Of a stretch of 64,000 nt of DNA, positions 39,240 to 52,039 are shown piece by piece. Made by a program: the position numbers and the translations under genes. The stretch is from Eledone cirrhosa (lineage: Eukaryota), in the NCBI GenBank assembly GCA_964016885.1, contig OZ024740.1:51894001-51958000 (forward strand). Reading direction: 5' to 3'. The notes under the pieces were generated by a model. That model did no database searches. It saw only the letters and a list, made by a program, of their open reading frames with translations, and was not told where the DNA came from. Positions within the stretch are counted from its first letter, which is position 1. The number at the start of each line of letters is the position of its first letter.

Positions 39240-39912
39240 CTAGGGCGGGTAAAATTCCCGAGACCCATGGACGAGTTCTCTCCAACGGTCTCTGTCTCTC
39301 ATTATCGCTGCCATGTCCTGCATTTCCAAGAGACCAGTGTCTGTCCTTAGGATATCCACTTATGTTAACCTCGCTTTTCCTCTTCCTGTGTGTCCATGCA
39401 GGGGCTCCCACAGGAGCAATTAGTGCAGTGTCAACTCTGGATGTCGGTTAGCATGTCCAGCTAACCTCAGTCTCATCTGTGCTACTCTCGAGCTGACTTT
39501 TGGGAGGCTCCCGTACAGCTCTGAGTTCTTCATACTCAGTGTATACTGATTAATGTTCAGAGCCATCCTCAGCATTCTCGTGTAACACCCATCCACCATC
39601 TGAGTGAGCTTCTTGGTCAGTGCCAAAGTCTCAGACCCGTACAGCAGCACAGACTCCACTACAGCAACAAAGAGACGGATCTTCAGGTCTTTACGAAGGT
39701 CCGACTTCCACACCGATCTCAAGCTGTGGCACACTGCCCAGGCTTTGCTCTTTCTCTCGACTACATCATCTTCCGTATTCCCAATCTTTGCTCCCAAATA
39801 CAGGAAGTCCTCAACTACAGGGGATCTCACTGACGTCACTTGTGGCAAAGATCCCCAACGGCATGATTCTTAACAGGATCCAGCCAACAGTCGTAAATAA
39901 GCTGCGAAGGAC
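39240..39912 (-). mobile_element. RTE-X-like LINE 3' fragment with an inverted upstream RT segment
   Basis: Minus: VEDFLYLG...AVVESVLLYGSET...DGCYTRMLRMALN...RLRLAGH. Plus strand 39815-39912: YRG/ISLTSLVAKI.N.MILNRIQP (RT domain 1). Confidence 0.8.
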
Positions 39913-40225
39913 ATAAAGATCAAGGGGTACCGGCAGTGCCACATCTGGCCAAGCAGTGATGTCCAGTCATATAGTAGTTGTTCTTGTTACTATTTGACAT
40001 CATTCTCAGTTGCTGTTTTTGTGGTTTAATTACACGTCAACTTAGATCGAACAAACCTTTAATCTAAAAAGGCATTCCAGCTGTACCATCAGTTTTAGAG
40101 CTCTTTGGATTTAGGTTATCTAAATATATCATTTATGCTGCTAAGTAGTGATCATGTAGAGTAGGGATCTCCATTTTAGACTGTGATCCTCTTTATAGAA
40201 TTCTCGATCTCTCATAGACCCCAGG

Positions 40226-40500
40226 TGGAGGCACGAGGCCTAGTGGTAAGGGTGTTGGACTTACGATCATAATGTCGTGGGTTCGATTCTTGGGTTGCGT
40301 GTTGTGTTCTTGAGCAAAACACTTCATTTCACGTTGCTCCAGTATACTCAGCTGAAAACGAGCACCAGCAATAGCTGGGGGTTTAACCCTGCGATGGACT
40401 GGCGTTCTGTCCAAGGGGAAGTCTTGTAATCTCAGTCGCTTCACGCCAAGAGACCGGGATATGCACCGTCCAAATGAGCCTTCTGGCTTAAGACAGATTT
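40226..40500 (+). mobile_element. tRNA-derived SINE (family B-related)
   Basis: GGCCTAGTGGTAAGG (A box), GGTTCGATTC (B box), TGTTCTTGAGCAAAACACTTCATTTCACGTTGCTCCAGT core. Confidence 0.78.
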
Positions 40501-41968
40501 AAGACATAGGCCCCGGACACGTACAAAAATAAACAAGCCAATAGATGAATCAGTAAAACAGAATTTTAAATAATTATACAGTAAAGAATAATTTACATAA
40601 ATCAGATATCTGTATAAGCAAGTCTTATTTTATTATATTGTTACGAAGGAGATTGTAAAGTCAATCATCAGCTGCAAATGGTATCACTCGAATTCGAAAC
40701 ACTGCTCCCCACATCTACAAAAGAAAGTAAGGAAAAACGAACAATGGACCACGCAACAGATTTGAAGCACGATGCACAGGTTTTTTGTGTGTTTTATTGG
40801 AGGTAGACTATTTAACTCGGTGGAGTTGTCAATGCAGGAGTTTGTGTGAGGTTGGCAGCGAAATCAATCGGTCTGAGGTCGGCGGCGCGGTAAAGACAGT
40901 CGGCGTGAACCCGGGCGGAGAAGAACAACATTACACAAAAGATCCAGCCTGGTGCGTCTATTTCTTCCGTTCTAAGCAAGTTGGCTAGCTGAACTAGCTT
41001 GCGGTTTCCCAGCTGCTGACTTTGGGCTGTTGGAGTCGTGGTGCAGTTGAAGTCACCGTATTTTGAAACAATATTATTTTACTTATTCTTTTAGCTCTTT
41101 TACAAATGTCAAGTTTTGGCTAAAAAATACAATCGATCTTCTGAATAGACACATCGATCTCTGTGGTGTCGATCTCAATCACTTTGGGGCCTCCTGATGT
41201 AGAGGCTCTGTCTTTCTTGTCCGTTGAAATGAAGCTAATCTTTTTTTAACAAGATGTCTGAGGGCATTGTTAAATTGCTTCAAAGAGTGGAAAAGAAACA
41301 ACTTTACACTTCTAACACTCTTCAATAATTAACAGAAAACATATCAACACCATTTATTTCAAATATAAACTTCCGACAAAACAATCTAATTAAGGCTTTT
41401 ATTATTGCTATCGGCATGCTTGTTTGTTTTAATTTTACTTGTTTAAAATTGCGGGGATGAAATCAATTTTATCATCAGCGATGTCTCTGTATCGACCCTT
41501 CCCTTCCAGCTCCCTATTACTACACTCTTTCCTCATCTTCACTGTTGATTATAATCGATGTTTATGTTTACAGAAATGAAAGATATTTGAGAAATCTTAG
41601 AAAGTTATTTGACAAAACTTTCAGTTGATTTTTAAAAACATGACATATTGATTACAATTTTCGCCAACTGTTGTTCTCTCTTTCTTCCCCCTTTTCTTTT
41701 TCTCAGTCTCATCTCATATCTGGATTGTGTATTAAGAAAACTTCATTAAATGCCAGTGTTGGGCGCGCGCGCGCGCGCGCGTGTGTGTGTATGTGTGTGT
41801 TTGGATTTTACATGCTGTTGATATATAAAAAGCTATGTATTTAACAATGTAGCTGGTAAACGTTGCACATTCCAGTAAACTTGGCAACCGAAGGATTTTC
41901 CAGTGTGCAGTAAATGATACAAGGAGAAGGCAGATGCTGGAATCAATAGGTTTATTGACTGTCACGTA

Positions 41969-42029
<61 letters not shown>

Positions 42030-43737
42030 TGAACAATGAAAATTGAAAGATGAAGTTCAATGCTTAATACCCAGCTATGGAATAGAAAACTAGACAGATA
42101 AAGTATAATGAATAAATAAATAAATCTTCGTACACATATAGAAATTGCACCATACATTGATATATTAGTTTAAGGTTATAAATCAGGTAAGTTCTGACGT
42201 CACGTTCTGACATCAGTAGCTGAATACATGCTTTTTCAACTTGGTGTGTTGATGCGAGCAGACGCGTTTCACTGTGGCGAAACAGCGATATTGCACCATG
42301 CGGTCACGGGATATTTGAACACCGCCACTTAATGATAATTACGAATTACCAATCAAGGAGCAACTGATATGATAACCTGTTTTGTTTATTGCTCTGATTA
42401 AAATACTCATGTACATATAATTTCGAGGTATATTCTTTTTGCTTAATTGTTTACCTACACCTAACAACAAATAGAAGAGATGTTCTAGCAGCCAAGCTAG
42501 GGAAACGAACTCCCCTCTAAATTGTAAAACAACGCAGCCTTCTAAAATTGATGACCATCTCTCCTAAATGACTATTATACCAAGTAATTCTTGTTCACTG
42601 AGAGGAAATTAGGTCAACTTAGTAGTAGAGTGGCCGTATCTAATATCAGACACATACGTAGCGAAACAACACACATTTAAGCCTTGGTGACGGGTACACT
42701 ATCGTGAATGTTATCTTATTGAAGCCCTTTCCATGCCATACCACAGTTGGTTTTTTACACAGAGAGATAGAGAGATAGAGAGAGAGACAGACCGAAAGAA
42801 GAATCTATCCCAGTACTAGCCAGATTCTTTATTCACCTAAAAGGATCAAAGGCGGAATAAATACCGCAAGACATTCTATTCGAGAGCCCATCAACTCTTC
42901 TAATTCGCCGGCTATGTAAACAAATACATCTTAGTAGAAACAATTATCTGGTATAGACAGCACTATCAACACCATAAAATTGCTTCATTAGTTTGCACTA
43001 TTAAGTTTACTTCTCTTTTCCTGATAAAGTTTTCCTTGTTATCACACATTCCTCGAGTTATCGCACCAACCTCCTTCCCGTTACTCCTGTTATCACACCA
43101 GAACCCCATCACCACACCTCCATCACCACACCAACATATACCCATATTCCCACTTAACGAAAGCTCGTCTTCGTACTCCACCGATTTAAAAACATAGGAC
43201 ACATTGCATTATATAGTCTTTGACATAAAACGACGGAATGGTCATAACTGAAACCTGGGTTAAACAACAACACACATTTTATTGTAAATAAAATTCATAA
43301 ATTAAAAATAATCGAATGATAAATTTTCCTTGACTTGATAGAAGGTGATTTGTTTCCCATCTGTAAAAATTATTATCGATTTCTAACAGATAACAAATAT
43401 AAAAATCAATCAATTTAAACAGTGAAACTTAAGAGCATTCATAGTTTGAACATTCCTTATACTCTATCTGTGAAACAGTTTGTCTTTCACTGTCATGTCT
43501 CAATTTTCTTTTATTCCCCAAGTTGTCTATCACAGAACACTACATATTAATTTCCGGAGGAAATATTCATACGATTTAACGAAACCCTGTAGATGTTTAC
43601 AAATAGATATTATCACCCAATAAATCGAAATACAAAACCTATGTCTTCGACTATTTCAGAGAAAGAGAGAGAGAGAGAGGCGGATGGAGTATATAAATCG
43701 ATAAATGGAGAGAGAGAAGGAAAGATAGAAAAAGAAA

Positions 43738-43798
<61 letters not shown>

Positions 43799-45003
43799 TG
43801 TTGTCACGGCTCTTTAAGAGATTAGTCGTAACTTCTCTTGGAAGGAAACACTAATTTCCGAATGATTATTTAGACTTTTGAAGATATCGCTAACTATCGA
43901 ACGCATTCCAATTCAAAACGCCGTTGCTTTCCTTATTAATATACCCTATTGTTACAACAACCAGTGAAGAATACTGTCATTTTATTAATACAATTATTCA
44001 GCATAGCAGAAAAGTTGGAGCCATTTTGATATTTCATATTCTTCATTCTCAGCTGAAACAACAAGGGTGCCTCTATGCGTTGACCCGACCTGCTATACAT
44101 AGCAGTCGAATCTCCTTCAAATTGAACCCGTATACTGTCTTAAAGAAATGGAAATTCGAGATCTAAACACTTCTGTTCTTCTTCAACGCTCTTGGTTATC
44201 CTCTAACCCTCTATTCAGTTCAAACGTACGAATCTATTTGAGTAATTTTTATTTCATTAAACACAACTTCACGAATAAAATCGATGGATCCAGGAGTTAT
44301 TTTCGTTTTCAAAACATATCATCTTAGAACATTAAATTAGCCGATTACAGTGATTAATAGTAGACACCAGTTCACCAAAGAATTCTGGAAAAATTGCATT
44401 ATTGAAGCAAAAATATTAAGGCTGCACGAGAAGTGGATGAGAGGGAGAGAAAGAGAGAGAGAGAGAGAGAAAGAGAGTTATACACAGTGGTGGACTGGCT
44501 AGGTTGCCAAGTTGCCCAATGGCAAGTGGGCCCAGAGGGCCTACGGTAGTATTGCGGGAGCCCACAGTAGTATTTTAGGGGCCAATGCTTTGCTTTCAAA
44601 AAATACCTGAAGTCTAAGAGAAAGAATAGAATAAAAAAAAAATAAATAAAACAATTAAGCAAAGCATTTGGTCAACCAATTCGTCAGGGAATTATTAGAA
44701 ACCAAAATATATGATAGTGCAAACAGCTGGAATCAGTGGTTGCACATTCTACTAAATCTAAAGCTTAGTGTATTCATTCATGCATGCAAACATACATATC
44801 TAGACACACACACACAAGCACACACACATCTCCCCCTCCTCTCTCTCTCTCTATATATATAAGTTGACAGAACTAGCAAAGGTATCACTGCTAAGACCGG
44901 TTGCACCTCAGCGTACTCAATAGGTAATGTTAAACAAATTCCCAGAGTATACACAGTTATTTGCTTCAATACAACACACGTAAACGGGTACCTTCAATTA
45001 TTA

Positions 45004-45112
45004 CCGAACTCGAGTTTCGGCCACACTTAATGCAGTAGTTGAGTGCACTTCACCCTCTGTCCGCATATATTATGCAACAATGCATAATCGGTGCATGTGG
45101 CTTCATCAGCGG
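45004..45112 (-). ncRNA. Type I hammerhead motif with ~80-nt helix II
   Basis: Reverse complement: CCG-CTGATGA-A-GCCACA...TGTGGC-C-GAAAC(TCGA)GTT-CGG. Confidence 0.72.
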
Positions 45113-45711
45113 GTTTCGCCTAATCAATAACCAATCGATCGACTTTAGTCCGTGTCGGCTATGACTGATTGTGACGGCCAACACAGTAAAGCGATTAGCA
45201 ACTGGAATCTCCACGCATTACAATGATGTTCCCTGATCGACTACCGATTTATAAATTTACGTGATGGCAGGAGACGGAAATTCAAATAGTTCTGCTCCCG
45301 CCATAATCACTCAGCCAGCGTATCTCAAAGACAAATTAATAAGTTAGTGAAAAATTGGTTATTAGAAAAATTCAGCCCCAAATCGCTGTACAATAGAATG
45401 GTAGCATTCGCCTCTAGTCTCCAAGTACCATAGCGATAAATAGTGCGATAGTAACAATGGTAGTGTCTACAACCTGTTCCGGACATTAAATGCCAACCAG
45501 CGATTACACAGCGATATAGAGTAGCGCGCTGGTTAGAGTCTGAATTCTAAATATTTCGACCAACCACGTGCGTAAACCAATCTATTTCATAACTTGTACG
45601 ATTCAATAGGTGAGTGAGCGAGAAATTTATAACAGGAATTAGAGCATATATTAAAACAAAACGCAATAATAAAAAATGTGAAAAATTGTTAATCTGCTAG
45701 TTGGGAGAAAA

Positions 45712-45830
45712 TAATAATTGTTTCTACTTTTTGGCACAAGGCCAGCAATTACCCCAGTGTATTACTGGTACTTTATTTTATCGACCCCGTAAGAATGAAA
45801 GGCAAAGTTAACCTCGGCGGGATTTGAACT
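45712..45830 (-). mobile_element. SINE family A, 3' portion
   Basis: Reverse complement of the family A core and tail. Confidence 0.8.
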
Positions 45831-45850
45831 ATTGGGAGAAAATAATAATA

Positions 45851-45881
45851 AGTTGAAAATTGCAGCATAGGTATCACTACT

Positions 45882-45933
<52 letters not shown>

Positions 45934-45964
45934 AGCAGTGATACCTAAGCTGCAATTTTCAACT
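45851..45964. repeat. 34-bp inverted repeat around (TA)n
   Basis: AGTTGAAAATTGCAGCATAGGTATCACTACTAGG(TA)nCCTAGCAGTGATACCTAAGCTGCAATTTTCAACT. The arm resembles 44862-44895, downstream of the 45004 hammerhead. Confidence 0.9.
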
Positions 45965-46235
45965 ATATATATATATTTTCAAATATATATATATATATCC
46001 AATTGAGTTCTTCCCGCATGGTTAAAATTCTTTACAGAATTAATTGACCTGCGTGCATATTATTTTATCCTTTTATGTTTTGCGATGACCTCCCCTTCCC
46101 GCTTGGTGACGGTGTGAGATTTCTCTTTGTGAGACTGCTGGAATTTCAAATTTGGCGGTCACTCTAACACTGACGGGTACCAACGCTGAATGTTAATATC
46201 GGTAGGGTTTTTTTTTATATCGATATTGTTGGGCA

Positions 46236-46357
46236 TCCACTGATGATTTATAAGTGCCCACCTACATATATTCCTATAGACTATGTGTAGGCTTCTACAT
46301 AACCTGGACATTATTTTCCCAACTTGTAGAAAACTTATAATGAAACGATCGTTTGGA
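46236..46357 (+). ncRNA. Type I hammerhead motif with branched ~95-nt helix II
   Basis: TCCA-CTGATGA-T-TTATAAGT...ACTTATAA-T-GAAAC(GATC)GTT-TGGA. Confidence 0.72.
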
Positions 46358-47575
46358 AAGAGGGATGTATTTAATTATGTCTCATATAAAATAATAGAAC
46401 TGGCTTTCCTCATAATACGTATAGTTAGCACCCCAAACCTATAATTGGGATTATACTAAGGTATATCCTAATGTTTGTTGAGTGAGACGGAAGTCGGTCG
46501 GAGTATTGCTTAAAGCTTTCTCTGTTAATGTATTAAATATATATATATATATATATGAAAATATATATATATATAGTTGAAAATTGCAAACTTGACTGTC
46601 ACCACAGAATATGAACCTGAAGATTGCGAAAGCATGAAAGTACTTGTTCAATTAACACTTAACATTTAATATTCTACCATACTATTTCATTCTAATACCA
46701 TTATACATTTTAAAGGATTGTAAATAAAACGAGTAAATCAGACAAAGTTGGAATTCCTTTTATTAATATAATCTTCTATACACAATCATACACACCCGTG
46801 TATATTTATTTATATCTATATATCTATATATCTATATATATCTCTCTATATATATACTTACACATATACACGAACTACCGACCAAATAATGTTTGGTATC
46901 AATCGGTTAAAGACATCTGTCAAATCAATTAGTGGTGAAGGTGGTGTGTGTGTGTATATATATATATTCTCTCACCCTCTCTCGGCTAGCCTTTCCCTCG
47001 CACTTTCACTCACTCACTCTCTGCTACTCACCCTCTCTCTCACTTCCTCCATCGTCCCACACCGTACGAGATTCTTTTCCTCGCTCACATCCGGCTAAGA
47101 TGTGTCTTTACTTTCTCGTCAAAATTCGCCCATTCTTATGTTCGAAATGAATTATTGACTTGATCTTTTCAATTTTCCTCTCTTTACGTTGCCTCACCAT
47201 TCGTGTTTGTTTACATGTCTCTCTTTCTCCACCCAACTCTTTTTATCCCAATAACTTATTTTAGTTATTGTATCGCCCTAGCTGGGGGTATATTGTCTGC
47301 AATGCGAAGAAATACCTATGATGGCTAGTAGACAACTGATGACGGATATTCCTAACTTCTATTTCTAATTCTTCATATATATATATATAGGAAAAGTGTC
47401 AGGACCCCGACGGCTGAGCTCCGGCTGTTTCGACAGCTAGATCCGAACTAAACCATATATAATGTCAAAAATAATAAAAGATACAGAAGCGAAAACCAAC
47501 CCCAACCAAACAGTGAGTGTGTTCTGTTATTATTTCTGGCAATATTATAACAACATGACTCTCCCCAAATATGTC

Positions 47576-47697
<122 letters not shown>

Positions 47698-47899
47698 ATG
47701 CTATCATTTAAATAATATTTTCAAAAAATTACATAAGTGGAAACAAAACAGTGCAATCAAATTTTTGCGGAAAAATATCTTACCTTCTCCAATAAAAGAT
47801 ATGCATTTTGAGAAATCCAGAGACTTTCAATAATGACGTTTGGTCTTTCACACTCACTCAACACACACACACATATATATATATATCCGCAAAAATTTG

Positions 47900-48295
47900 A
47901 TTGTACTTTTGGAACAAGGCCAGCAATTACCCAGTGTATTACTGGTACTTTATTTTATCGAACCCGTAAGGATGAAAGGCAAAGTTAACCTCGCCGAGAT
48001 GTCAACTCAGATTATAAAGGGCCGTATGATCTGAGTTCAAATCCCGCCGAGGTTAACTTTGCACTGGGTAATTGCTGGCCTTGTGCCAAAAGTAGAAACA
48101 ATTATATTTATATATATAATTGTTTCTACTTTAGGCACAAGGCCGGCAATTACCCAGTGCATTACTGGTACTTTATTTTATCGACCCCGTAAGGATGAAA
48201 GGCAAAGTCAACCTCGGCGGGATTTGAACTCAGATCGTAAAGGGACATAACTATGCTGGAAAGCATGGCGTCCGACCCTCTACCGATACTGCCAA
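47900..48295. mobile_element. Cluster of three SINE family A copies in -,+,- orientation
   Basis: 47900-48027(-), 48026-48105(+, internally deleted), 48117-48295(-). Confidence 0.8.
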
Positions 48296-48415
48296 TCCAC
48301 CGCCCTATATTTATATATATAATGCCAATCATTGTGAGTTTGAATCTAACTGACATACAAAAACATATATATATGAATAAGGTAAGCCCAAATAGTAGAA
48401 TCAAATATCACAGAG

Positions 48416-48485
<70 letters not shown>

Positions 48486-48597
48486 GGGGAGAAATGAGGT
48501 GCAACAGAAATGAAACATGGATTACAGGTTAAAATATAGTTGAGATAGGTGAGAAACAAAACGAGGATGTAGTTTATGGAACACCTAAATGATTTAG

Positions 48598-49040
48598 AAG
48601 TCGACCTTAAGTAGGAGCAATGACATTAAAAAATACATGAACGACACCACATCATTTTGTTTTGAAAACTTTGAAAGTAGGTTTATAAGTATGAATTTTC
48701 AGTTGATTTTCGTAGTTGTCTCTGTGGCCTAGCGGTAGGTACTAGAGACTGTGGAGACGCTTGCTTTGTGTCCAATCCTGGTCAAGAAGTACACGTAATC
48801 TTTCTCAGTTTTTATTTTACATCCCAAAGAAAAAGAAATGAAAAGGTTTACTGGGAACCCTACTCCCGACCAGGACGAACTTTAGACCAGGATCACCACC
48901 GTCTATGATTCCTCCAACTAGGCCACCGAGACAGCTACAAAAGTATAATGAAAATTAATAATCATAAACCTACTTTTAAAATCAAATTCAAAAAGATGTG
49001 GTGTCGTTCATGGCTTTCGTAGAGCTATTAAGGTCGGCTT
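48598..49040. repeat. Degenerate ~200-bp inverted repeat with tRNA-like inner ends
   Basis: CATGAACGACACCACATC mirrors GATGTGGTGTCGTTCATG; GTCTCTGTGGCCTAG mirrors CTAGGCCACCGAGAC. Confidence 0.75.
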
Positions 49041-49128
49041 GTCAATCTTCTGGCTCTCTAGTAACAGCCTTATTATTCTATGTGTGTTTAACTGTTGAAT
49101 TAATTTAATTTGATTATTTTAACAAACA

Positions 49129-49199
<71 letters not shown>

Positions 49200-49200
<1 letters not shown>

Positions 49201-49374
49201 ATAATTGTTTCTACTTTTGGCACAAGGCCAGCTATTACCCCAGTGCATTACTTGTACTTTATTTTATCTACCCCGTAAGGATGAAAGGCAAAATTAACCT
49301 CGGCGGGATTTGAACTCAGAATGGCAGGGGCCGAAACTCAATGCGTCAAAGCATGGCGTCTGACCCTCTACCGC

Positions 49375-49376
<2 letters not shown>
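49200..49376 (-). mobile_element. SINE family A
   Basis: Reverse complement of the family consensus. Confidence 0.8.
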
Positions 49377-49426
<50 letters not shown>

Positions 49427-49666
49427 GCATACATACATACATACATATATATATGTGTGTGTGTGTATATGTATAATAAAGCCAAAACAATGCAGGTATG
49501 GACATAGAATAAAGAATGCAAATGCAAAAGATATTGTTGACAATTAGTCTTTTACCTTAGATTTATTTAAATGTCCTTAATTTTCGAGATAATATCTCTT
49601 CGGAGATAATATTTGTTGCATTTGCAATCTTTATTCTATGTCCATACCTGCATTGTTTTGACTTTA

Positions 49667-49829
49667 GGGTCGGACGCCATGCTTTCCAGCATAGTTACGT
49701 CCCTTTATGATCTGAGTTCAAATCCCGCCGAGGTTGACTTTGCCTTTCATCCTTACGGGGTCGATAAAATAAAGTACCAGTAATGTACTGGGTAATTGCT
49801 GGCCTTGTGCCTAAAGTAGAAACAATTAT
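49667..49829 (+). mobile_element. SINE family A
   Basis: Matches 36115-36280. Confidence 0.82.
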
Positions 49830-49886
49830 ACATATACACACGTTTATACCTCATTACACAATGCTTCAAGTGAACTATAACTTTCT

Positions 49887-49950
<64 letters not shown>

Positions 49951-50271
49951 TATATTACAACTTATATATATATATATATAGTAATAATGATAAATAAAAG
50001 CGATTCTTTGCTTAAACTTTAATCTGTTATTTTAATATATATATATATGTGTGTGTGTGTATGTGTATGTGTGTATGTGTATGTGTGTATGCGCGCGTGT
50101 GTGTGCGTGTGTGTGTGTATATATATATCTATTTATTTATTAAAATAACAGATTAAAGTTTAAGCAAAGAATTGGTTTTATTAATTATTATTACTATATA
50201 TATATTGTTATACATGGTTAATTTATTTGGCAATAAATGTTTATCTGTGATTGATCATCGGCTAAAAAAAA

Positions 50272-50311
<40 letters not shown>

Positions 50312-50312
50312 T

Positions 50313-50541
50313 ATGGGAAAATGTTTATCCTCGATGGCAGAGCTCAAGCCAGCTATTTCTGCCCCGACAGCAGAGCTCAAGACGGCTATTTCTGGACTAA
50401 ATTTAGTCCAGAAATAGCCGTCGAAACGGCTTAAGCTCTGCCGTCGGGGTTAAACATTTTCCTATTATCCACTCTACTACCCTAAGTATTGAGTACTCTG
50501 GTGCGCTATGGTCCATCTGGTTCCTTACTACACCCCCTTCG

Positions 50542-50543
<2 letters not shown>
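50313..50543 (-). mobile_element. Foldback element family copy
   Basis: Hairpin centred on TCTGGACTAAATTTAGTCCAGA with an internal duplication, plus the shared tail, within (TA)n. Confidence 0.8.
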
Positions 50544-50630
<87 letters not shown>

Positions 50631-50707
50631 TAAATAAATAAATAAAAAAATAAAAAAATGAAAAAATGGCGTAGACATTACAATACAATAGAAGGGAAGA
50701 TAATAGC

Positions 50708-50750
50708 ACCACTGATGATGTTGCAGATGTGCAACGAAAGAACTTTGATA
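50708..50750 (+). ncRNA. Hammerhead-like core (helix I weak)
   Basis: CTGATGA-T-GTTGCA(GATG)TGCAAC-GAAAG-AA-CTT. Confidence 0.45.
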
Positions 50751-51029
50751 GACTATATACTGTATATATATATTTATATCTGTATTTTTAACCGCTGGTC
50801 ATTTAATGATAAACACTGATTGCCAAATAAACTAACCATGAAGATATAAAAGATACAGAAGTGAAAACCAACCAAACAGTGAGTGTGTTTTGTTCTTATT
50901 TCTGGCAATATTACAACAATATGACCCTCACCAAGTATGACAATATTTGTTTCGACACACGATTTCATATGAAAAACCTTGCAAAACAAATTTATCGCCG
51001 TCACTATATATATATATATATATATATAA

Positions 51030-51135
51030 GAGCTTCTACAGGACTAGAACTGTTTCATTCGTGAGAAATCATCAAGAAGCAGGGCTTCCTGATGATTTCT
51101 CACGAAATAAGCAGTTCGAGTTCTGTAGAATCTCT
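51030..51135. repeat. Head-to-head palindrome of two decayed hammerhead motifs
   Basis: Arms read GCTTC-(C/T)TGATGA-TTTC(TCAC)GAA..GAAACAGTTCTAGTCCTGTAGAA outward from a ~4-bp spacer. Confidence 0.7.
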
Positions 51136-51312
51136 TCTATATTAAAACTTTTATACTCTGCTATGTATTGAGTACCTTACTTACTGTGGTTACCTCCGAT
51201 TCAACCCGGAATAACTTGGTAAACAAAAAATAAATATAGGAACGATTAAATATTATGGTCCGCTTAACTACATTTAGTACTGTCAACCCCCTCCCCACCA
51301 TCACTTGATATA

Positions 51313-51485
51313 CGAGGGTCGGCTGAAAAGTTCATAAGCTGACTATGAAGTAATGATGGTAGAGTTGTGAAATCTTGCATACATTAATTTCAACTCTTCT
51401 TATTAAATATGTTGAAAATAAAATCTCATTTGGTCATTCCATGAGAGTATCTTGGTCAGCCAATGAACTTTTAAGCCGACCCTCG
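51313..51485. mobile_element. Mariner-type MITE
   Basis: TA-CGAGGGTCGGCTGAAAAGTTCAT...ATGAACTTTTAAGCCGACCCTCG-TA. Confidence 0.88.
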
Positions 51486-51653
51486 TATAGTATTTGTAGC
51501 GATTTGAGAAAACTAGGATTTTCTTTAACACGCTGACGCGTATGTATGGTAGCAGCCTGCATCAGACGTAAAGAGAGAGGAGTAGTATGAGGTAGTCATA
51601 ACAACAGTGGTAGCAGCCTGCATCAGTGAATGTTAGATGCTGTTTTCTGTAGA

Positions 51654-51780
51654 TTGTCATCACCCCTTTCCTTCTTCAATCATCTGTAGCGTGTGACGTC
51701 ATCACCCCTTCCTCCCTCAGTCATCTCCAGTACGTGACCTTATCACCCCTTTCTCCCTCAGTCATCTCTAGTGTATGACG
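51654..51780. repeat. Three ~41-bp tandem units
   Basis: GTCATCACCCCTT.C..CCTCAGTCATCTC.AG..GTGAC x3. Confidence 0.75.
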
Positions 51781-52039
51781 GAAGGACAGACGGAAGTCGT
51801 TTAAATTTATATATAGAAGGAAACAAAAGAATAGGAATATATACTTTCATTCAAGTTTATTCCATGCATGAAAAAGAACGAAGAAAAATGTCACTATTCA
51901 CAAACGTATATGATGATGCCTTTCTACCTCACTCATTAACTGCCACTCCGCTCAGTGTGTATACTCCTTCAACCTGTGGGTTGTCAATTCTCTCTGTATC
52001 TCCTTTAATATCTCCCCCTTCCCTCTATATATGTATTTT

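Noticed and set aside
40226-40300. tRNA gene (also at 48718 and 62840)
   Set aside because: A/B boxes are present but there is no full cloverleaf; these are SINE or repeat heads.
40780-41200. GC-richer segment with a hAT-like end (GATCGATCT...CCTG)
   Set aside because: No matching second TIR or TSD and no clear transposase frame, so it is left unannotated.
42258-42300. Minus-strand CTGT...ACAG-TGAAACGCGTC hammerhead half
   Set aside because: The CTGANGA box is absent; at best a decayed remnant.
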